A DNA stretch of 64,000 bases from Dictyostelium discoideum (lineage: Eukaryota): positions 4,096,001-4,160,000 of the forward strand of contig CM000154.2 of the NCBI GenBank assembly GCA_000004695.1. Direction: 5' to 3'. Positions 25,201 to 37,875 of this stretch are shown here, in pieces. The notes under the pieces were generated by a model that was not told the DNA's origin, did not search any database, and saw only the letters and a list, made by a program, of their open reading frames with translations. How positions within the stretch are numbered: the stretch's first letter is position 1; the number at the start of each line of letters is the position of its first letter. The position numbers and the translations under genes are program-made.

Positions 25201-27371
25201 AGGAATTGTTCATTCTTTTTATGAAGGGTAGCAATGTTTTCCTTTAGTGTAACCATACGATTCTCTTTTTCAACGTTCTCTTTGATCAATTTTTCATTGT
25301 CTTCAACTAATCTATGAAGTGTTTGAACTAATAGCACACCAGAGATTGGTACATCGCCTTTAACGATTGGTTGTGCCAATGAGTCAAATTTACTACTAAC
25401 TTGATCTAATTTACTATTGAATTGATCGATAGAATGTTTAATCTCCTTTTTGAATTGTTTCTCTTCAACCAAGATTTGAATGGTTTCAGTGGTTGATTGT
25501 ACTGGTGCTGGTGGTGCTTGAACAATCACTGGAGTTGGTGGTGGTGGAGCTGGTGCTGGTGTTGGTGGTGGTGCTTGTTGAACTGGTGGTGGTGGTGATG
25601 CAACAATAATTGATGGTTGTTGATGTTGTGGCATAATTGGTACCAATGCACCTGATCCAATCAATGCTTGTTGTTGATTATAAGCTGATCCAAATGTGCC
25701 CATTGGATTGAATTGTGGTGATTGTGATGATGTATACATATTACCATTCATACCAAATCCACCATTCATACCATTATTCATACCATTCATACCATTATTA
25801 AATCCATTATTCATACCATTCATACTATTATTACCAAATCCATTATTCATACCATTATTAAATCCATTATTATTATTCATATTATTATTATAATTATTGT
25901 TATTATTATAACCATTATTATTATTGTTATTATTATAACCATTGTTATTATTATTATTGTTATTATAATTGTTGTTATTGTTATTATTTTGGTTGTTATT
26001 TTGGTTGTTATTGTTATTATTATTATTTTGGTTATTATTATTATTGTTGTTATTGCTATTGCTATTGCTATTGTTATTGCTATTGCTATTGTTATTATTA
26101 TTGTTATTGTGACTATTATTGCTATGTGAATTTCTTGAGTTTGATTCATTCTCACTATCAGATGGTGGTGGAGAAGTGAAACCAGTGGCTCTACCTAATT
26201 TAGCAACTCTTTGAAGTAAATTAGCTTTATCATCCTAATAAAATAAAAAATAAAAAAATTAATAAATCTAAATTTAAATAATAATAATAATAATGAAAAT
26301 AATAGAAAGAAAAGACATACTTGTGGTACTGGAGAATTATCAAATAATTGAGTTGGTAAGGATTGTTGTGGAGCATTTGATGGTTGACCATTTAAAGATG
26401 GAAGTGAAGGTTCAGAACCTTCTTTTTTCTTTGAACCAGTGACTTCAAGGTCAAAGATTAAATTTGTATTTGGTGGAATGGTTGAATGACCTTTCTTACC
26501 ATATGCTAATTCTGAAGGAATGACCAAGATTCTTTTAGCGGATTTTCTCATACCAATGACACCTAAATCCCAACCTTTGATGACTTTACCTTCACCAACT
26601 ACAAAACGGAATGGTGTTTCCGATTGGAGATTAGAGTCGAATAAACTACCAACTCTTTGATTGTTCTCTAACCAACCTGCATACTTTATTGAAACACGAT
26701 CACCATTTGCAACTGGTTTGGTTTTCGATTGATTGTTGATATCGACAAATGTAATCTGTTGATAACCACCACTCGCACACTTGGCAATTGCAACATGAGT
26801 GGCATATTTAGTTGATTCCTCTGCTGAGTTGAATGTCATTGACCAGTTTTGGCCATTACCATCTGTGAAACTACCATAGATTGTTGTCACTGAATAATTG
26901 AATTGTGCTGTAATATTCACTGTGACAATATAATTCTTATTATTGTCATATGCTAATAATTGATATTTACCACTTGATTTATATCCTACAATTGCTGTTG
27001 CAATACTACCTGATGATACATATTCATTTTTATTATTATCACTATTGACAGAGAGAGAGGAGAGAGAAAGAAATTAAAAGAAAAAGAAAAGAGAGATTTT
27101 AAATTTAAAATATAAAATTAATAAATTTTTTTTTTTTTTTTTTTATTGTTATTATTTTTTTTTAAAAAAAAACTTACAATTTATATAAATGAATTGGGAA
27201 AGAAATTAAAACATCTGGTGAATTTGAATTTGCTGAGGATTGTGTTTTATTATTTGTATATTGTAATGATTGGTTACCTGACATTGCGTTATTATCTTTA
27301 AATAGTGATCCAAGTTTTTGTGAACTAGCTGCGTTTCTATTACTGTATTCTTCTTCTTCAGAAAAATTCAT
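22281..27371 (-). CDS. FKBP15/WAFL-like protein: N-terminal domain + FKBP-type PPIase domain + Q/N-rich linker + approx. 600-aa coiled coil + acidic E/K-rich and S/T-rich tail; three exons 27371..27178, 27041..26321, 26234..22281 (approx. 1620 aa)
   Basis: Exon 1 (ATG 27371, MNFSEEEEY...) ends in a phase-2 GTAAGT donor at 27177. Exon 2 follows the acceptor AG at 27043-27042. It encodes ...NWSMTFNSAEESTKYATHVAIAKC plus the FKBP core DRVSIKYAGWL...FRFVVGEGKVIKGWDLGVIGMRKSAKRILVIPSELAYG...LIFDLEV. A phase-0 GTATGT donor lies at 26320. The acceptor AG at 26236-26235 joins in frame to the 1199-aa track ORF, with no stops between 26234 and 25880. The track split this gene into three ORFs and began the FKBP exon at a GTG. 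The N-terminal segment resembles human FKBP15 (WAFL) as I recall it (from memory, unchecked). Confidence 0.8.
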
Positions 27372-27793
27372 AACTTTTAAGATTTAGTTTTGTGTGTTTT
27401 TATTATTTTATTTTGTTTTTTTTATTTTATTTTATTTTATTTATAAAATTATATATTACAACAATGTTATCAATAATATCTTTGTTTTTTTTTTTTGTTT
27501 TTATTAATTTTATTTTTATTATTATTATTATTATTATTTTAAAAATAAATTAAAAAAAAGAAAAAAAAATCACACACACAAAATTTAGATATTATAATTA
27601 GGGCGTGTATTTTAGTTATAAAAAAAACTAAAAAAAAAAAAAAAAAAATTTAAAAAAAAAAAAATTTAAAAATTAAAAAATTAAAAAAAAAAAATTAAAA
27701 ATAAAAAAAAAATTAAATAAAAAATCTTATTGCAGTTTGGAAAATTCTTTTTAAAATTTTTTTTTTTTTTTTTTTTTGATTATTCTAGTTGGA

Positions 27794-27827
<34 letters not shown>

Positions 27828-28231
27828 CTCCTTTCGGGTTAAGCATAAATAAAAAAATAAAAAATATAAAAAATAAAAAATAAAAATAAAAATAAAAATA
27901 TTAAAATAAATTAAAAAAAGGATAAATCCAATTTTTGGACATTTTTCCAAATTTGTTATTATTATTATTATTATATTGTCCTCCTTTTGTTTTTTTTAAA
28001 AATTTTTTTTTTTTTTTTTTTCCAAATTTGACATTTAAATTTCATTTTTTTTTTTTTTTTTCATTTTATTTTTCATTTTTTTTTTTAAGTAATGATTTAA
28101 TTTTATTTATTTTTAATTTATAAAAATAGAGCACCCAAAAATAAACAAAATGATATAATTTTATATAAAAAATTTAAAAAAAAAAAAAAAATCAATAGAA
28201 TCATTTTTGTATTTTTTTTTCTTTTTTTTTT

Positions 28232-28264
<33 letters not shown>

Positions 28265-28290
28265 CTAAATCCCAATTTTAAATCCAAAGA

Positions 28291-29405
28291 TGACTTTATT
28301 ACCAAATTATTTATATAAAAATATTTTAATAGATTTAATAACATATATCTATAAACACAAAGTAATCAAATTTTTATGTGAAAAATCAATTGATTTTTTG
28401 TTGTTTATAAAAATAATGAAATAATTTTATATTCCACAGTTTCAAAAGATTGGTTTAATATAATTTCATCAAATTTACCACATTTAATTAATCATTATAG
28501 TTTTATTTTTTTTCACTTTCAAAAGTTATAAAAATTCTTCGAATCAAATTAATATAAATTATTTATTTCCTAAATTAAAATTAAATTATAATAATAATAA
28601 TGAAAAAAATAAAAAACTATTTTTAAATAGAATTAGTATAAATGACATGTTGAATATATATATGAATAATTCTGGTGAGGTTATTAAAGATGAGGATTTA
28701 AATTTAATTTTTGAAAAAATATCAAGTGATAAAACATTAAAAGAAATTCAGCTTAATCATGTTTGCGATTGTAGATGTAGTTGTTTTAAAGAAATTGGAT
28801 TAGATGTGGAATCATTTGGTAAAGCTATTGAAAAGTTACTGTCAGATTCAACTTTACTAAAATCAATTCGTTTGCTTCAGTTTACAACAGATTTAGATGA
28901 CTATATTATTAGAGGTTTAGTAAAATGTAAATCATTAAAAACACTATACATAAATGGTTATGATTATGATTCATTTAGTTTCCCATCAATAATTAATAAT
29001 ATACTATATTCAAATTCATCAATTAAACATATTATATTAGATTCTTATTCAAATGATGAGCTTGAAACTAATACAACCAATATTATAAATGGTTTGGATC
29101 AATTAATTGTCAAATCAGAGCTTGATATTACCACCAACATCAACAACAACATCAGCAATTTATTGGGTTACAGTGAAAGTTTTAATAATAATTTTGAATT
29201 TTATTCAATAACAATTACATTAAATTTTAATTTTTATAATTCTATTTTGAATTATTTAAAAAATTATAGTTTTAGAGTTAACGAATTCTTTTTAATATTT
29301 TCAAATCCTGAGAAATATCCAAAACATCACAAATTTACTCAATTTAAATTAAATAATTCTGTTATTAATAACAGAATTATGTTTTCTCATTTTAAATTTT
29401 TTTTT
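28291..29405 (+). pseudogene. Degenerate/truncated paralog of the downstream F-box-like gene (two frameshifts, about 600 aa internal deletion, no clean stop)
   Basis: 28291-28425 encodes MTLLPNYLYKNILIDLITYIYK..., nearly identical to the start of the 29686 gene, but hits a stop. Homology continues in a second frame (NNEIILYSTVSKDWFNII...) and then a third (FTFKSYKNSSNQININYLFP...MLNIYMNNSGEVIKDEDLNLIFEKISSDKTLKEIQLNHVCDCRCSCFKEIGLDVESFG...). The C-terminal 290 aa are still an intact ORF (28647..) but run into poly-T instead of the paralog's stop. Confidence 0.45.
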
Positions 29406-29685
29406 TTTTATTTTTTATTTTTTTTTTTCTGTTTTGTCTTGCAAGCCCGATTTTTTTTTTTTTTTTTTGAAAAGTTTAAAAAATCAAGTAAAAAAGCTTG
29501 GTTTTTTTTTTTTTTATAGAGATGACGTGGAGAAATTTCTTTATTTTCTTAAAAAACTTTTTTTTTATTTTATTTTATTTTATTTTATTTTTTTTATAAT
29601 AGATTTAACAAAATTTCATAAAAAAAAAAACACTATAATAGTTTTATTTTTTTCTTTTTTTTTTTTTTTCTTTTTCATTATCCAA

Positions 29686-30909
29686 ATGACTTTATTACCC
29701 AATTATTTATATAAAAATATATTAATAAATGTTATAACCTATCTATATAAAAATGAAACAATAAAAAAATTGTATAATCTTGGTATCAATAAATATAATA
29801 ATAATGAAATAATATTATATGCCACAGTTTCAAAAGATTGGTTTGATATTATCACATCAACATTACCACACTTTATTAATAAATATAATTTTGATATATT
29901 AAAGCCTTTAATTAATTTTAATGCTAATGAAAATGAACAAAATAATAATCAAAAATTAATTAAAACTCAAGATTTAAAATTCGCTAAAAAAACTTTATTT
30001 TTTTCTAAATATTTGGATTTATTAAATCCTACAACTCAACAAGAAAATGAAGTTGTAATTCAAGTTAATGCTGAAAATGAAGTTGTGAATCAAGCTAATG
30101 CTGAAAATGAAGTTAATAATGCAAATGATGTAATTGAAGTAAATTTAAAAGAAATTGAAGAAAAAAAACAAGAAAAAGAAAGTTTAGATTATTTTAAAAA
30201 TCTAGTACTTAGAGAATTTGATGTTGAAGAATCATGTAGAATCATTAATTCATTAAATCAATATACAGACAATTTTCGATTTTTTTTAAGTTTGGATAGA
30301 GAACATTTTGTTTATAATAAAATCCATACGATTACTGATAAAGAAACCTTAAAGAAAATTTTTTTCCTAAATTTAAATTGTGATTTTTTGGATGAATTAT
30401 CATTAAATAAATTTTTCAATTTAAATATTAGAAAGAAATCCTTTCAACATTTACCTGAAGAAGAATATAAATTTGAAAATTTCACTTTTAATTTCGTTTT
30501 TAAAAGCTTTAAAAATTCTTCAAATCAAATTAATTTAAATTATTTATTTCCAAATTTAAATTTTAATAATAATAATAATAATAATAATAATAGCAATAAT
30601 GATATCCAAAGTCCACAAACAAATAAAAAAGTTATTTTAAATAATATCAGTATAAATGATATGTTAAATATATATAATAACCCAAATGATAATAATAATA
30701 ATAATAATAATAATACTAACAATAACAATAACAATAACAATAACAACAATATTAATGTTGATAATGATAATAATAATAATGAAAACAATAATAATAATAA
30801 TAATGAAAATGATAATAATAATAATGATAATAATAATAATAACAATAATAATGTTGATCATGATAATAATAATATTAATATTATTAATCAAAATGATAAT
30901 AATAATGAA

Positions 30910-30987
<78 letters not shown>

Positions 30988-31567
30988 GAAAATGAAAATG
31001 AAAATGAAAATGAAAATGAAAATGAAAATGAAAATGAAAATGAAAATGAAAATGAAAATGATAATAATGAAAACAATAATATTATAAAAGACGAAGATTT
31101 AAATTTTATTTTTAATAAATTATCAAATGATCATACATTAAGAAAAATTGATATTAATCATATTTGTGATAAAGGTAGTTGTCGTTGCTTTGAAAAAAAT
31201 GGTTTAACATTAGAATCATTTGGTGACAAGATTGAAAAATTACTTTCAAGTTTAAAATCAGTTAAAACAACTAAATTATATTCATATTCGTCAAGATTAG
31301 ATGATTATATTATTAGAGGTTTATCAAATTGTAAATCATTAAAAACACTTTATTTAAGTGGTTATAATTTTGATTCTTTTGATTTTTCATCAATAATCGA
31401 TAGATTAATACTTTCAAATTCATCAATTAGTCATATTTTAATAGATTCTTATTTGGATGAGGAATTTGATCATTTAATGGAAATAACTAATATTACAAAT
31501 GCTTTACTTCGATTGGCAACAGATAGAGAAGAAAATACCAACAACTCTTCAGATTATAGTCAAAGTT

Positions 31568-31654
<87 letters not shown>

Positions 31655-31869
31655 TTAATAATTTTGAATTATATTCAATTACAATTCAATTAAATTTTAA
31701 ATATTATGATATTATTATTGATAATCTAAAAAACTATAATTATAGAGTTAAGGAATTCTTTTTAATATTTCAAACTTCTGGCAGAGAAAGAGAATCAGAA
31801 TATCGCCAAATTAAAGCAAATAACTCTGTTATCAATGTTTTCATTTTCACTGTTTTAACTGACGGATGA
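29686..31869 (+). CDS. F-box-like protein with a huge Asn-rich / (Glu-Asn)n low-complexity insert and an LRR-like C-terminal domain
   Basis: The true start is MTLLPNYLYKNILINVITYLYKNETIKKLYNLGINKYNNNEIILYATVSKDWFDII, matching the F-box pattern LPxxLxxxILxxL...VSKxW. The track ORF begins 250 nt earlier in poly-T. Includes (GAAAAT)n encoding (EN)14 and poly-N tracts. The C-terminus (...CRCFEKNGLTLESFG...LKTLYLSGYNFDSF...) is homologous to the 28647 ORF. Confidence 0.7.
30962..31066 (+). repeat. (GATAAT)n to (GAAAAT)n hexanucleotide repeat encoding DNDNDN(EN)14
   Basis: Read directly: gataat x4, then gaaaat x14. Confidence 0.95.
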
Positions 31870-32025
31870 AAATTAAATAAATAAGAATTATCTAAAAAAC
31901 ATTTTATTATTTTTTTTTTTTATTTTTTATTTTGCTTTTTTCTTTTTTTTTTTTTTTTTTTTTTTTTTATTTCATCCTGTTTTATCGAAACGAATGAAAT
32001 TTGAATGTTTTTTTTATTTTTATTT

Positions 32026-32057
<32 letters not shown>

Positions 32058-32168
32058 ATTTTCACTTTTTTTTATTTTTTTTTTTTTTTATTTTTATTTT
32101 TGAAATTTTTTTTTTTCGTTTTTTTGATCATTTTCTTTACAATTTTGGAATAATTAAAAATCATAAAA

Positions 32169-32598
32169 ATGAACAGAGGATTTGTAACTGGTGTTAGAAT
32201 TGCAACCAAATGTGCAAATAAATCATCCAACTGTGGATTCAAAGCAGCATCATCAAATAATATATATAATAGTTTTAAAGCAACCTGTACATTAAATAAT
32301 AATAATAACAATTCTAATATACCATCCTCATCATCATCATCACCATCATTTGCTTCATTTTTTTCTTCTACATCCACATCAGCAACTTTAAATGGTTCAT
32401 CAAATAATAAAACAGTAGTTCCAAAAAGGTAAATTCTTCCATTTTTTTTTCATTTTTTGAGAAATTATAATTAAATCACGATTTTTAACACTCCCTTTTT
32501 TTTTATTTTTTTTATATTAATTTTTAGTTTAGAAAATATTTCAAGTGCATCCCAATTCAATTTTAGCACTTTCTTTATCATTTCAGATGGTATTTATT
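32169..32598 (+). CDS. Possible small two-exon gene (exon 1 32169..32430; exon 2 approx. 32536..32598), hypothetical protein
   Basis: ORF MNRGFVTGVRIATKCANKSS... ends exactly at a GTAAAT donor (AAA AG|gtaaat at 32431). One candidate acceptor (tttttag at 32535) gives a short in-frame extension to a stop. Weak; could be non-coding. Confidence 0.25.
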
Positions 32599-33371
32599 AA
32601 TAACTACTATAAATATTCATTAACTTTACTTTGAGAATATTTAACTAACTTTTTTTTTTTTTTTATTTTATTTTTAATTTTAAAATAATTTTAATTATAT
32701 ATTTTATTTTTATTTTTTAAAAATCAGATGACGATGGTATGTGATTAGGCTTTACAAAATATTTTAATTGTAATAATCAATTTTATTATAATTTGTTTTT
32801 TTTTTTAATTTTTATTATTTTTGTTGTAAATAAAAAAAAATAAAAAAAATAAAAATTTTTATCTCTGTGTTTATGTTCTAAAATAATATTTATATTGATA
32901 AGGCTCTTAATTAATAAAGTTTGATAATAATAATATAGGATCATAAAAATCAAAAAAAAAAAAAAAGAAATAAACAAAGAAGAAGAAAACAAGTAAGAAA
33001 ATGGAAAACAAAAAAAAAAATAAAAAAAAAAAAATAAAAAAAATATATTTAAACAATTAATTGTTTACCTACAGTTTCAATTATTTATTAAAAAAAAAAA
33101 AAAGTTTAAATTACTGGTTACACTTTTCAATATTGTGCACCAAGGTAAGAAACTGGTTGATTTTTTAAATATTTGTTTAAAAAAAAAAGGTTGGAAATAA
33201 AAAATTAAATTCTTTTTTTTTTTTTGGAAAAAAAAAAAATTAAAATATTAGGATATTAAAAAGTTGGATTATTTATTATTTAATACAGTTTTTTTTTTTT
33301 TTTTTGTTGATTACTTTTTTTTTTTTTTTTGATCGGTTTTATTTTTTATTATTTTTGATTAATTATTAATT

Positions 33372-36300
33372 TTATAAACTTGGACCTGAAGAATCACTAT
33401 TTGAATCTAAATCATCTTGGAATAAAGAAGAAACTGTTCTAGATTCATTTGTCCAAGCACGAGGTAAAACAGGTGAATAGGAAACACGATTAACTCTACT
33501 AAATCTTTTACTTCTTAAAGTTGATTTACCATCACCAATATAAGACATACTTGGTGAATCTGGTGGTGTTGGAATTGGACTTGGATTACTTGAACTTTTA
33601 CCAGATGAAGAATTTGAAGAGTTTGAAGTAGTATTATTATTACTATTGTTGTTGTTTAATTGACCACTTGAAGAATGATTAGATAATGGAATACCAGCAA
33701 AATTTGATAATGATCCACCCATTGATGGTGGTCTTTTAATTGGTGAAGCTGATGGTCTAGATGGCATAGTATTATGATGTGGTGTAACATTATTTGGTAG
33801 TGGTGGAGTATTAGAACTGACACCATTATTATTTGAAATTGGTCTCTTTGAAGTCATTGGACCAACGGTGTGAGCTCTTTCATGATTTGGTGATCTTGAA
33901 ACTTCAACAGTAGTATGTAAAACATTATCAATTGATTTGGTGGGAGTGGTAGATGGTGAAATTGGTGAACTTAGAGAAGTGGCTACTAAATTATTGTTGT
34001 TGGTTGTGCAAGTTGATTGAGTTGAATCGGTATCAGCATCACCACTATTATCACTTGAAATTGGTTTATTCTCTGGGTCAAATATATCGAAATAATTTAC
34101 AATCATAAAGGAATTAATTGGTAATAGTTCAGAGGCGAATGATCTGAAAAAGGTAGGAGCCCAACAAATTGCGATATTCTCTGGTGACATCATATTTACA
34201 TCCTTTTCCAAAGAGATTAAATGTAAGAGATGGAAAAGCTTCTTTATCATTTTACATTCTAAAGGTGAGAGTTGATCTATAATATCTTTGAGTGATTGTA
34301 TTATCTCTTCATTGGATGACTGTCTCATTGCTTGGAAGAAATATTCATGTAGATTTTCAGGGAAAATTGGATTTGGTAATTCACGGAAATAACTCTTTAA
34401 TACACCTGCCACTGTATCGACATCAACATTTTCTGCTTTTAGGTCAATATCTTCACCTGCTTCAAATCTAGTTTTAATTTTCTTCAATGCGGTTGCAGAT
34501 GCACAAGTTCTGAAAATACCAACAGATGAAATACCTTGTTCCATTAATAGATCGATCGAACGAGATACAAGTGGTGGTAACTCAATGGTGGAAGCATTGA
34601 TTTGAGCTTTATCAGTTAGGGTTACAGCACCACCAGTAGCACGACCAGGATATAATGGTCCCCTTGTTGGTCTTTTTGGTAAAGTTTGAAAGCCAGGATT
34701 TGAACTTTTAGTTGGTGTTGATGGTGGTCCAATTGGTGGTTTTTTAATAACACCAGCCAACGAACCGATTGAAGGTTGTTTTGTTGGAGTTAAACCACCA
34801 GAACTTGTATCGATTGGATGAATATTATTTGGATAATTGATTACGATTGAAGTTTGAATATCTTGAATTGTTTTTAAAATCTTTTCATGAGAACTACCAT
34901 TACTATCATTCTTTAAGATGGTTGAAATATCACTTAATGGTAATTGTAAGATGGTGAGTGATTTCTCGTTACGTCTAATTGAGCATTTAATCATTTTCAA
35001 AGCGGTATAAGAGAAATCATTACCATCGCATTTCAATGATTTCAAAGTTTGATTCTTCCAAAGGATTTTCGAGACAGCCAAAGCACCACTATCACCAACA
35101 CCATTTCCAGAGATATCAAGTTTGACCAATGATTGATTCTTTAGCAATGATAATAACAATGGCATTAAATCGCCCTTCAATTGATATTTACCACTACCAC
35201 TTGCCAATGAAAGTGATTCGATGGATGTATTATCATCGATCAAGTTTATCAATGCCTCTATTGCACGTGCTCTAAGTTTTGATTTTGTTTTAAAGTTACC
35301 ATCGATTGAAAGATGATGAAGATTTGAATTTGGATACATAATTTCACAAAGTTTAATGATACCACCATCACCAAGATCATTCTCTGATAAATCTACACTT
35401 GAACATTTCAATAATGATGTTGCAGGACTAAACAATAGTTTCAAATCATCTGGAGTGGTTTGAATTCTTGATAAATTTACAGTTTGTAAGTGTGACATTT
35501 GTTTGAAAAATGATAAGATATCAATTACACTCTCTTTGGTTGTAGTTGATTTATTACCACTAAAATCCAAAGTTTGAATCGATGATGATGATGTCTTTAA
35601 AAAACTATAAACTGGACTTGTATTACTCATTAATAATTGTTGTAATGCCGTTGCTTTCGATAAGAATTTACATAAACCATTTGTACCATAACTTTCTAAT
35701 TTATTGTTTGAAATATTCAAATGAGTCATTGATCCACATACTACATTATTCGCTGTTAAACATCCAAACATTGCCTCTAATCCTTTACCAGAACATGATG
35801 TATTTTCAATATTTAAATATGTTAATCCATTTGAAAATGTTTGAATACTTGATCCTAATGTTAAAATACCTTTATTCTTTTTTCATCATAATCATCATAA
35901 TCATCATTATTTATTATTATATTTTTTTATTATTGAAAGTTAATAAATTTATAAATTATAAAAACAATTTGTTTAATAAACAAAATTAACTTACTTCTAA
36001 TGAATTATTATTTAAATTAATATGTGATAAATGAAGAGCTTTATTTTCAGCAACATTTTGAAGTAAAGTTATTATTGGTTCTTTTGAAGCTTGACTATTT
36101 GTAATTGTTAATTGTTGTAGTGAGGAATTCTCTTTGAATACTTCTGCTAATAGGTTTAGATCTTCGTTTGATAATTTACCATTGGATTGAAATGATTGAA
36201 AGTATGTATTATAGGAGAGTGATAAAAGTATTGCTTTTAGATCTGTGAATGAGTATTGATAGATTTCCGCTAAATTAAATTCTCTAACTTGATTGAATGG

Positions 36301-36916
36301 ATATAGATTTTCGATATCCCAAAGTATTGATGATAATGGTTGTACACCTAAATGATCACAAACTGATCGATATGTAAGATTGAATGATCCACAACCTTGA
36401 ATATCTTTAAATGAGGTGGCTTGAAATATCGATGGTATTCTACTAGCTGGTGTAATGTTAAAAATAATGGTTTTACCAATTTTAATACCAGGAAATGTTG
36501 ACATTAATGTACCATACAATGTCTTCAATACCTCTGATGCATCTAAATTCATCTTCATAACATTTTGATTCTTAAATTTTATTGTAACATCATTCTCTGA
36601 TTGACTTGCTATCTCTGTAATTTCTAAATAATGATGTTCTGCTGATAACTAGTTATATAAATATATAAAAAAAAATAAAATAAAAAAACTATTATTATTA
36701 TCTATTGTTTTGAAAAAGTAAATGAATATGAATAACTGAGTGTACACTTACTTTTCCTTTTGAATCTGTAAATAAAAATATTCTATTACTTGATAAAATT
36801 AACGTTTTAATCTCTAACTTCTTTTTTTTTTCATTTAATATTGTAACTTTTGTAATTAATTTACCCTCTTCTTTTTTATTTGTTAAAATTGATTCAATAG
36901 TTTCTAAAGAAAACAA
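33372..36916 (-). CDS. RhoGAP-domain protein with CARMIL-like N-terminus (PH-like segment + RNI-type leucine-rich repeats); exons 36916..36752, 36648..35995, 35876..33372
   Basis: RhoGAP core GIFRTCASATALKKIKTRFEAGEDIDLKAENVDVDTVAGVLKSYFRELPNPIF carries the Arg finger. RNI-like LRRs: LDISGNGVGDSGALAVSKILWKNQTLKSLKCDGNDF, VDLSENDLGDGGIIKLCEIM. Splice junctions are all phase 0. GTAAGT donor at 36751 joins the acceptor ctAG at 36650-36649. GTAAGT donor at 35994 joins the acceptor AG at 35878-35877. Exon 1 (KLITKVTILNEKKKKLEIKTLILSSNRIFLFTDSKGK) plus the start of exon 2 looks PH-like. The track split this gene into three ORFs. Confidence 0.75.
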
Positions 36917-37802
36917 AAAAAAAAAACAAATTAATAAAAGAAGATAATTTAAAAATTTTTTAAAAAATTTTTAAAAAATAATTGTTCAGAATGTTTTTGT
37001 TTTTTTTTATTATTGTATTTTATTTATTTTTTATAATTACTTTTTTCAACTTGTGATAGGGAAACAGGTGTTGTCATTGTTTTATTTGCACTTTTTTCTT
37101 TTTGTTTTTTTTTTTTGTTTTTGTTTTTTTTTGTAATAATAAATAAATAATAAATAAATAAATAAATAAATAAATAATGAATAAATAAAATACAATATTA
37201 ATAAATACAAGATTAATAAATAAATATTATGTTACAGGTTTTTTTTTTTTTTTTATTTTTTTTTTTTTTTTATTTTTTCAAATGGTTATTGATAATTATT
37301 TGAATTAATTTTTTTTTTTAAAATCAATTTTTTTTTTTTTTATTTTTTTTTAATTTTATTTTTTTTTTTTATTTTATTTTATTTTTTTAAATTAATTTTC
37401 AAAAAAAAAAATTTTTTTTGGGGGAGCGCTTCTTGATTATTATCATAAAAATGGTTTAAAAAATATTTCTTTATTTTGAAAAATGTTTTTTGACCTTATA
37501 TTAATTGTGTTTTTTTTGAAAATTGTGTGAATATTTTTGGTGTTGTGTAAACTTTTTTAATTAATTTTTTATTTTTTATTTTATTTTTATTTTTTTTTTT
37601 TTGTCAAAGCATTTTTATTTTTGGGGGGTTTAAGATTATATCTTTTTTTATATCGAAAAAAAAAAAAAAAAATTGTGATCATAAAATCAATGGTTTGAAA
37701 AAATTTAATTATTTTTTTATTTTTTTTTATTTTTAAATTATAAAGTTGCTTTTACCAATGTTGATTGAAGAAATTATCATTGTAATTATTTTATTTTTTT
37801 TA

Positions 37803-37875
37803 AATGATGAATATATGAATTTAAATCAGTTAACCAAAAAGGGTATTTTTTTTTTTTATTTTCACGACGAAATTT
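37803..37875 (+). repeat. Conserved approx. 70-bp intergenic element, copy 1 (second copy 43752..43825)
   Basis: aaatgatgaatatatgaatttaaatcagttaaccaaaaagggtatttttttttttattttcacgacgaaatttt aligns with atcgatgaaaatatgaattatgaattttaattagtttaccaaaaagggaatttttttttttt. The shared core is GATGAA-ATATGAATT...TTACCAAAAAGGG-ATTTTTTTTTT. Confidence 0.5.

Noticed and set aside
26195-26920. 241-aa ORF ending ...[25 protein letters not shown]
   Set aside because: The track started it at a GTG. The real exon begins upstream at the acceptor near 27041. Its C-terminal 41 aa are intron read-through past the GTATGT donor at 26320.
30540-31087. Poly-Leu/Ile/Met-Lys ORFs on both strands (30540..30845 -, 30664..30891 -, 30686..31087 +, 30888..31076 -)
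   Set aside because: Alternate-frame readings of the (AAT)n/(GAAAAT)n coding repeats of the F-box-like gene.
32072-32377. 101-aa minus ORF with acidic run (DGDDDDEDG)
   Set aside because: It overlaps antisense to the better-supported plus-strand exon ending at a GTAAAT donor. Half of it is poly-K/poly-T read-through.
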